A DNA stretch of 64,000 nt from Harriotta raleighana (lineage: Eukaryota). Under the pieces are notes generated by a model. The model was not told where the DNA came from. It was given only the letters and a program-made list of their open reading frames with translations, and searched no databases. Numbering within the stretch: position 1 is the first letter of the stretch; each line of letters opens with the position of its first letter. Both the position numbers and the translations under genes were made by a program. Below, piece by piece: positions 12,193 to 25,952 of this stretch. Location of the stretch: the NCBI GenBank assembly GCA_050575255.1, contig JBNZDD010013683.1, positions 2,721,928 to 2,785,927 on the forward strand. The letters run 5' to 3'.

Positions 12193-12689
12193 TAACTTAT
12201 TCCATTGAATTTATCCACTTTATGATGTAAATGTTGAGTATTTCCACTTGCCCCAGCAAGCTGAAACCAATCTTACAATCAGCATTGTGAAAATGTGAAC
12301 TTTGTGACCATGATTTAATCTATACTCATCTGTTTAGCAGCATTTCTGAAGAAATCCTACTTTTGTTTCCATGGATTCCAGTTCAGCTCCTATCTGAGTC
12401 TGTGGTTATACTTCTGATTGATGTTATGATTAATATCATGGATGTAACTGTAAAGTTGTGCACAACTTTCCTTCTGTTTTACAAAGAAATCTAACTCTCA
12501 AGGGACTAATCAGAACAACAAACAACAACAAAATTACATTTGTAGATCGTCTTTCATGTCGGAAAGCGTCCCAAGATGCTGAAAATTGCAACTGAGTTGA
12601 ACTGGGCCAGTTAGAGGAGAATTATAGAGCTGTATAACATTTTATATGTAATTGAAAACAAATAATTCTCAAAACCGATAGAACAAAAA

Positions 12690-13240
12690 AGATCATGGGT
12701 TTAGAGTTGCAAAGAACAATTTCAGAATGGACACCAGGAAGTATTTATTTACTCGGAGGGTAATTAAGAGTCCTGTAGCTCAGGTAGAGGACTCACCATA
12801 CAAGCAAGAGTCCTGGGTTCGATTCCAGGGAGGGTGAAACCGTGGGCAAGTTTCCTTACTCCCCACACCTATTAATAATCCCCTCACATAAAATATTAAT
12901 AATTTGGTAATTTCAATCCACAACTGTTTGTGGGACACTGCTGTTCGCAATTGGCTGCTGGGTTTCGCCCACAAATATACAGTTGATTCACTTTACAGTA
13001 TATTCTATGTGCAGAGCTTTGAAGACGTGAAAAGAGCTATATCAAATCTAAGGATTATTATTATTAGTGGTAGTGTTATATAATGACTGGACAGGTTGGC
13101 AGGAAAGGTGATATAGGCCAGGACACTGGATCATTTAAAGAACAGTTTGATGCTGTGATGAGAAGGTGGTAGGGGTTGGCAATGCTTCAAGGATGAGATC
13201 AAGTAGGCTGAAAGGACTTTCTTCATGTGAAACAATCTTA
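12690..13240 (+). mobile_element. CR1 LINE 3' end, interrupted by a SINE at 12768-13065
   Basis: GATCATGGGTTTAGAGTTGCAAAGAACAATTTCAGAATGGACACCAGGAAGTATTTATTTACTCGGAGGGTAATT (CR1 'gH..kl....F....Rk.fFt.RV' region) resumes after the SINE with TTTAAAGAACAGTTTGATG and a tail GGCTGAAAGGACT. Confidence 0.7.
12768..13065 (+). mobile_element. Deu-domain tRNA-SINE (older subfamily)
   Basis: GAGTCCTGTAGCTCAG head, GGGTTCGATTCC B box, Deu core, (TTA)n tail. Confidence 0.92.
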
Positions 13241-14005
13241 TAGTCTGTCTGCATTCAGTTTGTAAAGCTATACCAGGTGTGTTCATATTTAGCAGTGAAG
13301 GGACAAATATTTAGTTAACGCATGATATATATACCTGTATATGGCTTTTTGGGATAGGATTTAAGAGAGAGTTATCATAGTAATGTTGGGAGATGCTAGA
13401 ATCCCTATTGAACGATGTATGATACATTTTCTACTAATCGTGTTGTTTTTCAAAAGCTACTTGTGAGACATATTACAGTCTTCTGAATCCTCATAGAAAG
13501 TCAGTGTTCGACACGTGGGTGATATGAATTTTGTCGAGTACAAATCCCAAATAGAATTCTAAAGATAATGCAGATGTTCCAATTGACTCTCAGTACAGCC
13601 GATCACACACTGCAGCTTGAAGCAAACTTGAGCAGGTGAAATAATATATTCCGGTAGGGAAAGCACAGAGTGAGCAAATATTCCCATGTCCATTGAGTTC
13701 ATGAGAATTCTGTTGACTGAATGGGTTGTGGAACATGAAATTACTAAAATACTTCTTTTATTTAGCCAATTTGGGATCAATTTTGCTGGGCTCTTGTGAT
13801 AAAGTCTAACTACTGTTTGTTGCTGTGTTTGTATGCAATGCAAAAAAAACAATCAGCATTGCCACCCACGAAGATATAACCAGTTACCATCAGCAATCAA
13901 TTAATTGAATTGCTGTCTGATTTATGCTCAATCTTTTGCTTACACACTGAACGAGAAGTTTGAAATCATGACGTACTTTGTGACCCAGATGACCATTTAG
14001 TACCA

Positions 14006-14080
14006 TAATAATCCTTGCATTTGATATAGTGCTTTTCATGTCTACTAGACATCTCAAAGCACTTCACAGAATATAGTGGA
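14006..14080 (-). mobile_element. SINE 3' tail fragment
   Basis: ATAATAATCCTTGCATTTGATATAGTGCTTTTCATG...CACTTCACAGAATATA. Confidence 0.85.
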
Positions 14081-16894
14081 AACATTTAAATCAGATTAAG
14101 ATTGTCTCTCTTCTGAAGGTGAGTTGGACCATGCTAATTTCTCATTATTGTTTCGCAAAAAGAAAAGTATTTTGAGTTGAAGGTACTCCTTATCTGGTCA
14201 GTAAATTACAATAGCATTGTCATTAATGAATTCTGTTGCTGTCAGAGTGGATTTGAATCTAAGGGAAGTGGCTCTTTACGGGTCTTAAAATGCCAACGTC
14301 ATAATACGTCAAACCCTCTATTAATGATGTAGAGAACATGTCAGGGGCATTCAGCAGTGAAATCCTGGCTGATGTTTGCTGTTTGTGTCAGCAAATATCT
14401 TTTTGCTAGGTTTTTTTTGTCAGGTTTTAAGAGGCACCGGGAAGACATCATGTTAAGCTCTCGAGTCGGTAAGAGAATTATGAGTAACCACACATGTCTG
14501 CAGTTTATGCATTCTTCAAGTGTACACTTTCAAGGCCCAGTGGAGGGTAGATTCACTTTTGCACCAAATGTGATGGTTATGACAAACTTCAGGGTGGTGA
14601 GTCATTTAAAAATACTCCCTATATAAAGGTTACTCGCAAATTAGAATATGAATAAAACATAAACAAACATTAGTACCTGTCCCTTATGCTTCTGATATAA
14701 TGGACGAAAGACCTTCCGTCTGATTCTGATCAACTTCTTTCTACGATCCCTTGCCTTCAAATAAAGAAGCAGAAGCCCTTTTGCATTGTAGAAATGTTAT
14801 TTTTGTCTGTTCATTTTCTTCCATTCATGTTGTGTTCTTCCTGTCCATGTAGAATTATCAGAGGACCAGCCAATATTCACTTGTTCAGTCAAATGCTTTT
14901 CATTTTTCCAATAGTTGACAGCATAAATCAAAGCCAGCACAATCTATATCCCATCTGAGACAGGTTTTTCCGTTTGTGGACACTAATTTCCGGTATATTG
15001 ACTCTTCCAAAATGGATTTCTTGATCTTATCTCCAGATTTAACGCCTTAATGGATTTTCCATGATGGAAAACTATTTTTTTTTACAAAGGAAAATTGCTT
15101 TGACACCAACATAAAAGGGTAGCTCTCACCACTAGCCAACTGCGCCTTTTTTCAAAGAGGAACAGAATCATATTATACATGGAATTATATTGCCCAGTGA
15201 CAACTTTCGATATGGCTTTTTATTTGGAAGAGTATTTTTATGACAAAAATCTGAATTCAGCTATTTTGCGTTTCCTAATTTTGTTCTTTGTGGGCTCTCT
15301 GCTGTTAATATGCTTTTGCAATTGTGGACGGGATACATAACTGTGAAATTGATTTAAACTCATAAAGATTTGAAATATTTAGTACCCAGTAATTCACTTG
15401 AACTATTGAAACACTTGTGTCGCTCACTATAAACTGTGGTAACATTTTGATGAATTAAGGCCTCAGAGTCCAGCGGTTGGAATTTCCATTTCTCAAATGA
15501 CAAAGCAGTCTTTACTACACAACAACTTGGATTCACAGAGCTCTCTCCACCCCGGACGGCGTCTCAGAACGCTTCACAATAACGGATCCCGGGGCCGGGT
15601 CGGTGGGAGAGGGAAAAGGGTGGTTAAAAAGAAAGGTCTTCAAATTGTTAAGGTAGAACCATGCATTCTTTTGAAGATACAATATAAATTTGCATTCATA
15701 TGGAGGAGGCTCCAAAAATTTATAGATTATAATTTTAAACAAATCTTTATTTCTACTAGTGGTTTATGTTGTGGCTGACAATGTTAAGCTAAATAATTAA
15801 CATTATTACAGTTAAGGGGCAGCCACACATAGAACCATGTAATAATATGCGTAGGATAACAGTTTGGGAAATTTATCACATCGGTATGTGCTACATTATC
15901 ATCTTTTATTATATTGTATGTATTTTCACGAGATAAACTTTACCTAAGGTATTGCACTTGTTTCCTGTGCCTATCCCAAACTGATCAACATTGGATTGAA
16001 TGTATCAAAAAAGGTTAATTCCCAGTTGTTTCTTGGTCCTATTTTTTCCTCACCGCCACCGGCTAAATTTAACTTTAATCACATTACATTAACTCGTGTA
16101 GTAGAATCACTGACTTCATCAATAATGCTATCAAACTCATTTGTGTGTCTTCGACTGTCATCTTAATGGAATGTCTAAGATAGTTCTCCACAGGCTTCAA
16201 GGCCAAACTGTAGCATCTTTAATTGATTGACCAGTGCTTGCGAAGGCAAAGTAGTACACTTTTCTCCTCGCTGCTCAAATATTCTATTTTGTATATTGTG
16301 GATCTTAAAACGTGACAAGGCACATCTTAATCCTAATGCTTTGAGTGGTGTGTGGTCAACATTTCAGCACTTGAGAATACAGAAGTAGCGTTTCGGGAAA
16401 TTCCTTTTCAAAAAGAATATATAGAAGTCATAAAGGTCAATACTGGAGCAAGTGGAAAATGCATTTGGTTCCTGGCCCTTGCCGATGATATACTTTATCA
16501 TGATCACTAACAGGACTGTCAAGTGCAGAGGGACAGGCTGCGAGATTGAATCTCATCTTCAAACTAGAGAAAAAAGGACAAATATTCTGCATAGGACTTA
16601 GGTTTCTGAGCTAGCACCAATGGATCAATTATCAACACTTCGCTATCGCAAGTCATTCATATCTTGCACAATTTCGTTTATTTTCATCAAACTGAAAAAG
16701 GTCGAAATAGTCAGAGGGATCTGTTTCACCGCCTATACTTATGCAGCAAATTGAGATTGAGTTGCCTTGAACTCTTCTTTCAGGAGCTTTCTGGATTTCC
16801 TGAGTTAGAACTTAAGACATCAACTCTTGTGACAGATTTATTGGCCTAACTTGCCAATACCAAAAAAAACACTGTATTAGATTTCAGAGAACAA

Positions 16895-17085
16895 AAAACA
16901 ACTTGTATTTATATATTGCTTTTCACTTCAGAAGGATGTCTCAAGGCACCGGACAGTCGATGGTTTATACCTGAGCTTGGAATCAAGAGGGATGGAGGGA
17001 TAGAAAGGGGGTGGAGGTGGGAGGGTGACTGACTGTAGTAGGGTGAAAGAAGAAGGCCTTGATACGGGCCTTGAAGGAGACAGAG
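16895..17085 (-). mobile_element. L2 LINE 3' tail fragment
   Basis: AACAACTTGTATTTATATATTGCTTTTCAC..GGATGTCTCAAGGCAC followed by a G-rich UTR and GGGCCTTGAAGGAG. Confidence 0.65.
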
Positions 17086-18859
17086 TGAAATAGAATAGAT
17101 TACTGTAGTTCCACAGCAGAGTAGAGTTGGATTTACTGGCTAATCAACTCATGGATATCCATGTTATTTTGTACAAAATCCATGTTGCTTCTCGAGTCTC
17201 TGATTGACAAGAGAGCGAAGGATTTGTAAAACCGAACAAGATAACCTCTTGCCTAGCGAATCAATGGCTGTGTATTGACTGGATGGAGTAGGTACAATCA
17301 AGAGCAATTTGTTCAGCCAGAAGTAAAGGATAATTAGTAAAGCAAGACGCCACAGTACTTGGTACTCTGTGGAACTCTTTCCCTGTTGTACACTGAATGT
17401 TATGTTCATTCTGCAACTTGTGATTTGCAGCAGTTTATTCCGTTGACAGTGGACGAACTGGTCAGATATCATTAATAGGCCCAATTTTAAGTGTGGAACA
17501 AAAAACATCTCAAAGTACAAAAGGTTCATTATCTGCGACATATTTATGTTGCAATTCACATTTTGTTTCACTTGAACTACATTTTTAGATGAAAATTTGG
17601 ATCCAGGTGATTTTATGAGAACATTATTTTAGGCACACCATTCTAGTTTCTTATTTGCTAACTATATTTTTATCTTAAAAAATTACTATTTGGTCTATTT
17701 GAGCTGATCTGCATTTAAAGAAGGGAGAAAGACCACACAGTTCTTTCTTTCCAATGGGCAAATCTGTCACTAAATTATCTACAAAGGTGAAACACATTTT
17801 GACCTTGACTTCTCTGTGTTGCCCCTTTGTATTTATTTTATAAAAGGTTTTCTGCTTTTGATGATTTTGTTTGCTTAATCTTCCAAACAAGCCGAACGAT
17901 AGATGTCTTTTGCCAATTATATTTGTTCCTTTATGCACTGCCAAATCTTTCAAATACACCTAAGTCTCTTTTGCATGGCCAGGTGTACTGATCCAGTAGT
18001 TTTTTTCAGAAGTCAGTGTCTCTTTCATAATTTTGTTAATCTTGAAAGGTGTTCAGCCCCACCCAATAATGTGACTGGACACCTTGCTCTGTTACTTGCC
18101 ACTAAGAAGTCCTACAGGTCAACATCTTAAGTTTAATGCACCTCTCAGCCACATCAAGTAAATGCCTCCTTCAAAGCTGCTGAATATTTCGAAGAGAAAA
18201 CCTTGCCAACCATATGTGGGTTTAAGGTAGTAATGAATAAAATGGAAACGCTAGATAAAGGATAGCGTTGTGAAGGGAAATTTGTATAGAAATAGAATTG
18301 TTGGCTATGTTACATTTGAGGGGCTGGATCTAGTGCTGAATTTAAAAGTGCATAAAATGTTTTCCTCTCCAGTATACATTAACTAATGGGGCATAGATCA
18401 CTGGCTATTTCATTGGTAGAAAGGTATTTGTTTAGACTACCTCTAAGAGCAGGAATGCTGCTCATGGTGAATCCACATGTACAATCATTTAGAAAACAAA
18501 GTTTAATGCAATACAGGTAATGCTGTATAAAAATATGTGGGCTGTGGGTAAGTGGAATGAGTGAGGCTTTATAACTCGGTTTAGATTGCTCCAACATTCA
18601 GACCACAATGTGGCCATGAATGTGCTCATTCTCATTCATCTTATTGTTGAATCAGGAATCCATCCAGATCTTTTTGACTACATCAACTGTGCCAGTACAT
18701 TCACAGTGCGAATTAGAAGCTGATTCCATATGTTAACAATTCAAAGTGCAAAGAGATTAATCATTAAGTTATACTTAGCCCATGGTATAATTACATCTCC
18801 AAACTCTTCCAGAAAGATACCTCCTTGTGACTAAACTGTATTTCGTCAACTATCTGAGC

Positions 18860-19520
18860 CAAATACGAACTCTGATTTAACCACAATTAACAATGTGTTT
18901 GTTTTTGATTTTTTTTGCCATTTTTCTAATCTATAGATTTTACCTTTCATTTCTCAAAAATTAAATGGCATCTAGTCATTCGCTAATTCCCTCCAGATTC
19001 TTTTCAATTTTATCACCCGTCAGAATATCCGTCTGCACAATATTGTTTCATCTACAAAATTAGACTTGCTATTTTCTATAGCATGACTGAGATCATTACA
19101 AACAGATGAAGAGCGGAGACCCAGGAGTGATTACCATGCAGCAATGCTAATTGCAACTGCCCAGTTACAGTTTGCTGCCTTTATTCTCTCTGGGTTTCAT
19201 TTGAGAGCAATGTTAAAACAGGAATAAAATTGCAACTCTCACCAAGTCTGAGAAAATTGATTTCATTAGTGTTAAGAAACGTACGGCTGTCAGTGAAAAT
19301 ACACTTAGAATAAAGAGGATTTTGTGCCTGTTTGCTATTTATTACCATTGATGAATGCCCTTATACATCCAATTAATTATCAAGTTTACAAACTCGATCC
19401 TCAATCCACCGACTTTAATTTTCACCATATGTCTCTTGTGAGAAGTTTCAGAATTATGATCCGAATATTAAGCGCTTTTCCTTCATTCACTAACTTTTAT
19501 TGCCTTATTTTTTTTTACCA
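18860..19520 (-). mobile_element. Very old CR1 RT-region fragment, interrupted at ~19200-19350
   Basis: Minus strand shows degenerate 'H.R...Ki...Gl......I.NW' (19365-19445) and 'QR....G....W.....S....gS.LG...F....nDL' (19085-19195) segments of CR1 ORF2. Confidence 0.5.
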
Positions 19521-20312
19521 GATTTTGTTTGGACAATTTTGGCAAAATGGAGAATGTGAACCAAATTGCAGGCACCTTTACCAAGTCTGAGAAATATGAT
19601 TTTATTATCATTTAAGAAATAATACAGCAGCGAGTGAAAACATAACTGGAATAATGAGCATTTTATTCCTGTTTATTCATGTTTGTTTGTTTTTGCCTAG
19701 ATCAGGGAACAGAGGAACATCAATCCCAGATGTTACTTCCATTAAAATTGGCAATTTTAAAAATCATCTATGAGCATTCATCATACTTTTGCATTTGTTA
19801 ACCTGAGCCAAGTTTTCATAATATCGCATGTCTAGTCATTTCTTTCAGTTGGCTGATGTTCCTTACCTCCAGGAAAGTTATCTTGCATTCAATCTGATAT
19901 TTAAATGCACTCATTTACAGCAGCTTTCAAACTTCAATACATAAATAATGGACTTTCATCTGATAAATATATCCATCTGATTTGTAAGCCCAGCTGACAT
20001 TTCTTCTTTCCTAGGTAAAGAGATTACCTTGTATGAGGAGAGTGAGGAAGCCATCAGGCAAGATATTTTTGGACATTTCTTCTTTCACATCTCTGGTGAG
20101 TTAACATAAGATATTGATGGTATCCATGAAAAAAAAATCAGTTTCCATGCAATTACTGGACATCATCATGTGATGGCCAAGTGAATGGGCTAACTGGAAA
20201 GGAGGAAAAGTGTATTAAACGTATATTAGAAATGGAATAGTTGATTTGACATTGGACTAATTTTGAAACTATGCCAAGTTTCAATGAATTGATCCTGGAA
20301 TGAACTATATCC

Positions 20313-20640
20313 AATAATAATAATGCTTGCATTTGATATAGAGCTTTTCACGCCTTCTAGATGTCTCAAAATTCTTCACAGCATAAAGTGTAAAGTGAAT
20401 TGACTGTATTTGTGGGTGAAACACGGCAGCCAATTGCGCAGAGTCCCAGAAACAGTCTTGATTGAGTGAGCGAATTATTTTTATTTCTTTAAAAGTTAAA
20501 ATAAAGACTTTATTTTCATTAAATAAGAATTATTCTTATTTTCTTTAAAAGTTATTATCCCCAGTATAGCGATTCACCTATTTGACTATCTGGTTTCTAC
20601 TTACTATCAGGTAAATAGAGGCATGTGGAATAAGGAAACA
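20313..20640 (-). mobile_element. Deu-domain SINE, long-central-segment (old) variant, 5'-truncated
   Basis: Tail and Deu core at 20313-20475; extra segment homologous to 42225-42305; ends with GGCATGTGGAATAAGGAAAC. Confidence 0.8.
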
Positions 20641-22802
20641 TGTATATATGTCGAATGGTCACTCAATATTCCAGCAGTTCAAGTGGGCAATTTTTTATGC
20701 CTCTTAAAAGTTAAGCCATGATCACAATGATCATTTATTCTTCAAGCAAATTATCCGAAATTTACCGTGCTTTATTTTGCTATTTTATTTGTTGTTTTGA
20801 AAGATTCCATATTTAGGTTCCTAATTCTTGCCAGCCCGTTTGAACAAGTGTAAAAACAATTAAAAATGAAGCCTTACAATAAACATTACAAAAATATGAA
20901 GTGAGCTAAAATGGATTAACCTCAGTATTTCTGCGTACAGTATCTTGAGATAGAATTGCAGAGAATAATATGCCATATGGCAAACAATGTTCATTATGGC
21001 CATTCAGACCACTAGTTTGTGCCAGTATTTCTACTCCACAGTATCTCAGTCTTTCCTAGTCCCCGATCCTATAGCACCTTATTCCTTTCTCCGTACTCAA
21101 CAATTTCCTCTTAAATGTATTGGTGTTTTTTGCTTCAAATGCCCTTTCTTCTATTCTTCACATTTAAAAAAAAATGTAAATGAGAAGGATCAAGTTCAGT
21201 AAAAATTTAATTTGCAATTTTCATCTCTCTCACAATTTCCATTGGAAGTGCTTGAATCAAAGTTTATCTATTGGTTCTGCTCATGTTCAGACAGTATAGC
21301 TCAGGATAGTCTGTACAACCCCAAATATTGTTGTATTTTGAGAAATAACACAATTTACATTAAAATAATGCCATCGCCACATAATTTATTGTTTCCACAC
21401 AACTCCAAAGAGTTTCCTTTGCTGATAAAGACCAATTGGCAACTAATTTGTAATGGGACAAACACATTGATTAAAGAAGGATGTCATGTCTTTCCTCCAA
21501 AGAGTATTGGATGGCCAAAGCCTCCTTGAGTGAAACACTCTCAATGAGATTAGGTGAGTTCAAAAGACAGTCAAGGTTGTGAGGTAAACTTACTCCAGTT
21601 TGACTGGGAATCCAACACTACAGCTGGAGATTTAAACGTCTATAATTTGACTCTCTAATTTCGCAGTTAATGAAATTGTTGTTTATAGCAAAAACAAAAT
21701 GTTCATTGCTGGATGTGGTTTCAAAAATGATTCGACAAGCAATGATTCTTGTTATTGCTACTTAGTTCATTGTGGTATGTCTGCTTAGCCTCTGAAATTA
21801 TTTTTTTCAGGACTTGTGAGCTGCAATATTTTAATTGCTTCATGTTTCAGTTGTAACGTATTTGACGAAGGCATATAACTGTTATTAAGAACATGTCACT
21901 TTGCACTGTAATTATATGGAGGGATAATTAAGTAATTTACACTGATCAAACAGGAAACAATATTAGAGGAAATTGCCCTGAAATGTCAGCAATTACAGTA
22001 CTTATGAAAGCATAAATTGGGCGCATTTACTTTTTAAATATGGAAAATATAATTTGCACAGATGAAAGTGTAACATGCTTATCTAGATTAAAAAAAGCCT
22101 AAATGCATTATTTACTTTCAATGCATAATTTACATTGCTAAAAATACCATGCATAATTTAAAGGCCGAACAAACACAGTGGTATGGATTCTCTCTTTGTC
22201 AAGTGTATTTTAGAATTTGAAGAACGTCAGTGTGTGAAGCAAAGTGCCATATCCTCCTCTTCCAACTGCAAATGAACTAGTCTGAATCTGCAAACTGCAG
22301 GTTTGAGTATTGCTCTACTAAAAATATTCAGAAAGTTTCAGCTGAACTGCACAACTCATGTTTTTTGTTTGGTAGTTTTGTTGCGTCAAAACGCCCTGCA
22401 GTGTGTCGATAGAGTGACTGAAACCAAACTTTGCATTTCTCGATTTGAAATGAATTGAATCTGCTTGGACGAGAAACGCTTTTTCCATTCCATCTCGAAC
22501 GCTTCAAAATAGTGCCATTGAGAGTGTTTTTTTATTGAAGAGTTTGGGGGATGGATCAGATGTTTTTTTGGGAGAAAAGCTACAACAAAATTACATTTAC
22601 AGAGTGCCTTTTCCCGTCTGGCGGACAGCAGCCCAGAATTGATGGGCTGAAAGACCAGTTTAGCACTCTATTTCCCACCCAAAGAGAAAAAAATCAATGA
22701 ATCAAACAAAGTAGACTGACCTCGCATACTTTAAAACTGAAAGGAACATTTTTGTCAGTTCAAAGTTTGTGAAGGCATTTCCTTTTGGACAAGCATTCGA
22801 AA

Positions 22803-22820
22803 GCAGTGCCACCTGCTGGA
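22803..22820 (-). promoter_or_regulatory. Strong CTCF consensus motif
   Basis: Minus strand TCCAGCAGGTGGCACTGC matches the CCASYAGRKGGCRS consensus exactly. Confidence 0.5.
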
Positions 22821-23153
22821 TGTTTACTCAGATTACAGTTCTGTACCCACCAAGAAACCTGAGCAGAGAGACATTCTCAGGTGTGTAGAATAATGAAAGG
22901 CACAGATGAGATGCCTGTTAATGAATCTTTATAACCAAATGCTTTCACGTTTCAGGAACTTGAGTTTTCATTTGCATTCATTGGATTCACACAGAATAAT
23001 CTCCCCCGTCGAACACCATTATTTGCTCCTTGTTTCAAGCCGGAAACCTCTTTATTCACATTGCATTATTCTCTACTTTGCTATTTGATTTTGCCTGCCC
23101 TGATTCACAAACACAAACGAGTACCATTTAATGGCAAATCACCAGCTTCAATG

Positions 23154-23480
23154 TGTGGAGTTCCTGTGGCTTAGTGGTTAGAGCACTCGCCTTACAAGCA
23201 TGAGACCTGTGTTCGAATCCAGGCAGATCAGGGCGAAACCTTGGGCAAGTTTCCTCGCTCCACATGCCTAATAATAATCCCTCCAAAAAAACCCACAATA
23301 ATAAAATTGGTCATTTCAATCTATGACTGTTTGTGGGACACTGCTGTGCGCAATTGGCTGCCGCGTTCCGCCCACAAATATACAGTCAATTCACTTTACA
23401 GTATATTCTGTGAAGCGCTTTGGGACGTCGATAAGATGTGAAAAGCGCTATATCAAATGCAAGGATTATTATTATTATTA
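23154..23480 (+). mobile_element. Full-length Deu-domain tRNA-SINE (young) with 7-bp TSD
   Basis: Complete head, core and tail; TTCAATG at 23147-23153 and 23481-23487. Confidence 0.97.
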
Positions 23481-25952
23481 TTCAATGGGAAGAATTGCAA
23501 AGACATTGGGGTTTACAGGTTTTGGATACCTCGGGATAAATCAAAAGCTTATGTTTTATGGTTTGACATTTTAGTTTATTTTTCCTGGCAGGTCTTCTAA
23601 AGTTCAGTAATTTGCAGTTTGCTTGAAAATCAGTCACTGCACTTGAAAGTACTTGCATCTTTCCTTCCACTTTTATGTCTCGAGTTTTCTAACCTTAGTC
23701 TCTTTTGCCTTATGTTGGAGCCTTTCAACATAGGCAACCGCAGCACGTGCTATTTCACTCTTCATTTCTTCAACATTTCAGCTTGGACCGTAAGTGTTAG
23801 CTGATCCAGTTCTAGTGTCACTCGGCGCTTTTAAGCGGTATTATAGAAATATAGATATTTCAGCTATCTGCACACGGAATCTTTACACACACTTTCTGTA
23901 TGCATTAGCTTGTTAAGAATCAGGCAAAAGTACTATAGTACATTAAAATGCGGGGAAAAAAATCATGGGCCATGCTTCAATGACATTCAAATATACTCAA
24001 TGAACTTAAACTCGGATAAATGTCAGGCTAATGTATTGGATTTTACAGTGAATTTCAAAGCTTTCACTCACGCAAACTGGCCAGGCTAACAGAACACTAT
24101 TTATTATTGCAAATGCAAAGGAAATGGCACCACCTCTTTCTTACACACGTGATTTTGATTTGTGTAATCAAGTCCGGACCTGCTTAATGGCAGAATCCCA
24201 TAGGCATGAAGCTGTTTTTGATCACCCGAATGCTATTGGTATGCTATAGCAGTAGGCAGCAGGAAAATAATGACAGTAATAAAGAACGAAAGGAGAATTA
24301 AACATACATTTGTTTCTGGGTGTTTAGATGAGATCGCTTTAGCGAAACTCAGCATTGGTACCAGAGCTGATACTGATGAAGAACTGACAGTCTATCATTG
24401 ACATGATTCCCAGGAGGACTTTCTGAATCATAATTACATGGAGTGGATTACTTGCACTGTGGAATTTCTTAATTTGATTTCTCTGCTCAGGTGTGCCTTC
24501 AGCATTTTTCTTACTCGGGATTTGTTCTGTTTGACAATAAGTCAAAGCCAAAGGAGATTTCTTTCTTTTAATCTTCCGCAGGTCACTGGCTGAGACACCG
24601 TTGGAAGATTGAGTGCAATTCTGGGTATATTGCGTTCAAAAGAGAAACAAAAGCATTGAAGACAGTTTGGGTGTAAGGAACATAAGCAAGATTCCACGTC
24701 TGAGAGCATTGAGCGTTGGAGATGTTCACACAGGTTTAGCGTCATACTGGATTGGGGGAGTATTTGTGAAGAGGCACATGGTTCAAGTGCAGATGATGTA
24801 GATGTAAACAGACCACTTGACTTTGATTGGAGCAGTGAAAAGGATGTTGGTCTAACATTTAGAAGCTGTAGCAGGACAAGAGATTGCAAGAAAGAAAAAA
24901 CACACACAACAGATAAGAGTGAATGTCACATCAATTCAATACTAAAAGAGCAATCTACTCAAATAGAGTCGAGAGATAAGGGATAAACGCAGGTTGAGAT
25001 CAACAAATATTTGAGGACAACAATACCCAGTTTCTGTGCTGCTGAATTACAGGAATGAGGGGATGGGTTGGTTGGCTACACATTGATGGACACTGGGCTT
25101 AGATAGTTCAGATTTGGATGAGCATTTGGCAGCTTTCAGCTGATGGATCAATGTTTGCTTGAGTTCCTCGGAGGATGAGGCAGTATTTAGGCAGAACTTT
25201 CCCTCAGGGGATAATGGCTAAGGCAGGACCCGGCATACTAATATTAACAGCTTAGAGTTTTGTACGATCCATTTTAAGCCAAGTGGCCCTTTTCTCATCC
25301 CATGATACATTCTCACTGCTGCTCCCACCTGCACAGAGTATAATGCTGTTTCTATAAAAAGGTTCAGACCGTTAAAAAAAACTTTCCCGATGCAGTTTGT
25401 ACTCGCTGTGTAACTAAATGCGCATCCCTTAGGATTCTGATAGTTTGCTTTGGTTGCAGAAGAAACACAGTTTGTTATTTTAAGAACCTTATTTTTATGT
25501 ATCAGAATCAGATCAAATTAGCTCATAGAAAATTTATGACCAAATATGACTAAATCGTGTAACAAGCTAAGACCATAGGTGACTTGTTGAAGAATAAGCT
25601 GTAGCCGCCTGCCTCAGTCTTTTAATTTTTGCTCGTCATTTCCTTCCATTTAATTCATTAACAATATTTGATTTGTTCCTGCCTTGAAGGTGATTATTCA
25701 TAAGCCCAAAGCGGAGCCTGGCGTTGTTAATGAAAACTTCCTAGGTTCAAAAACATCTCTTTAACTTTCAATTTCTGTCTTGCAGTTGATCCCCAGAGCG
25801 CAGCTTCCTTTATGACTGAATAATGAAAAGGTGCAAAGATTTTTCAAATTGCTAAATTGCTGAAAATATCACAAATAAAAAATAGAACTTGTCGCCCACA
25901 CAAAAAAAAACAGAAGAGGAAAGCAAAGTCCTCGGCGGAAGCAAGTTCTTTT

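Noticed and set aside
15211-15224. TATGGCTTTTTATT, matching the 5' 14 nt of miR-135
   Set aside because: The match stops before CCTATGTGA and there is no complementary star arm for a hairpin.
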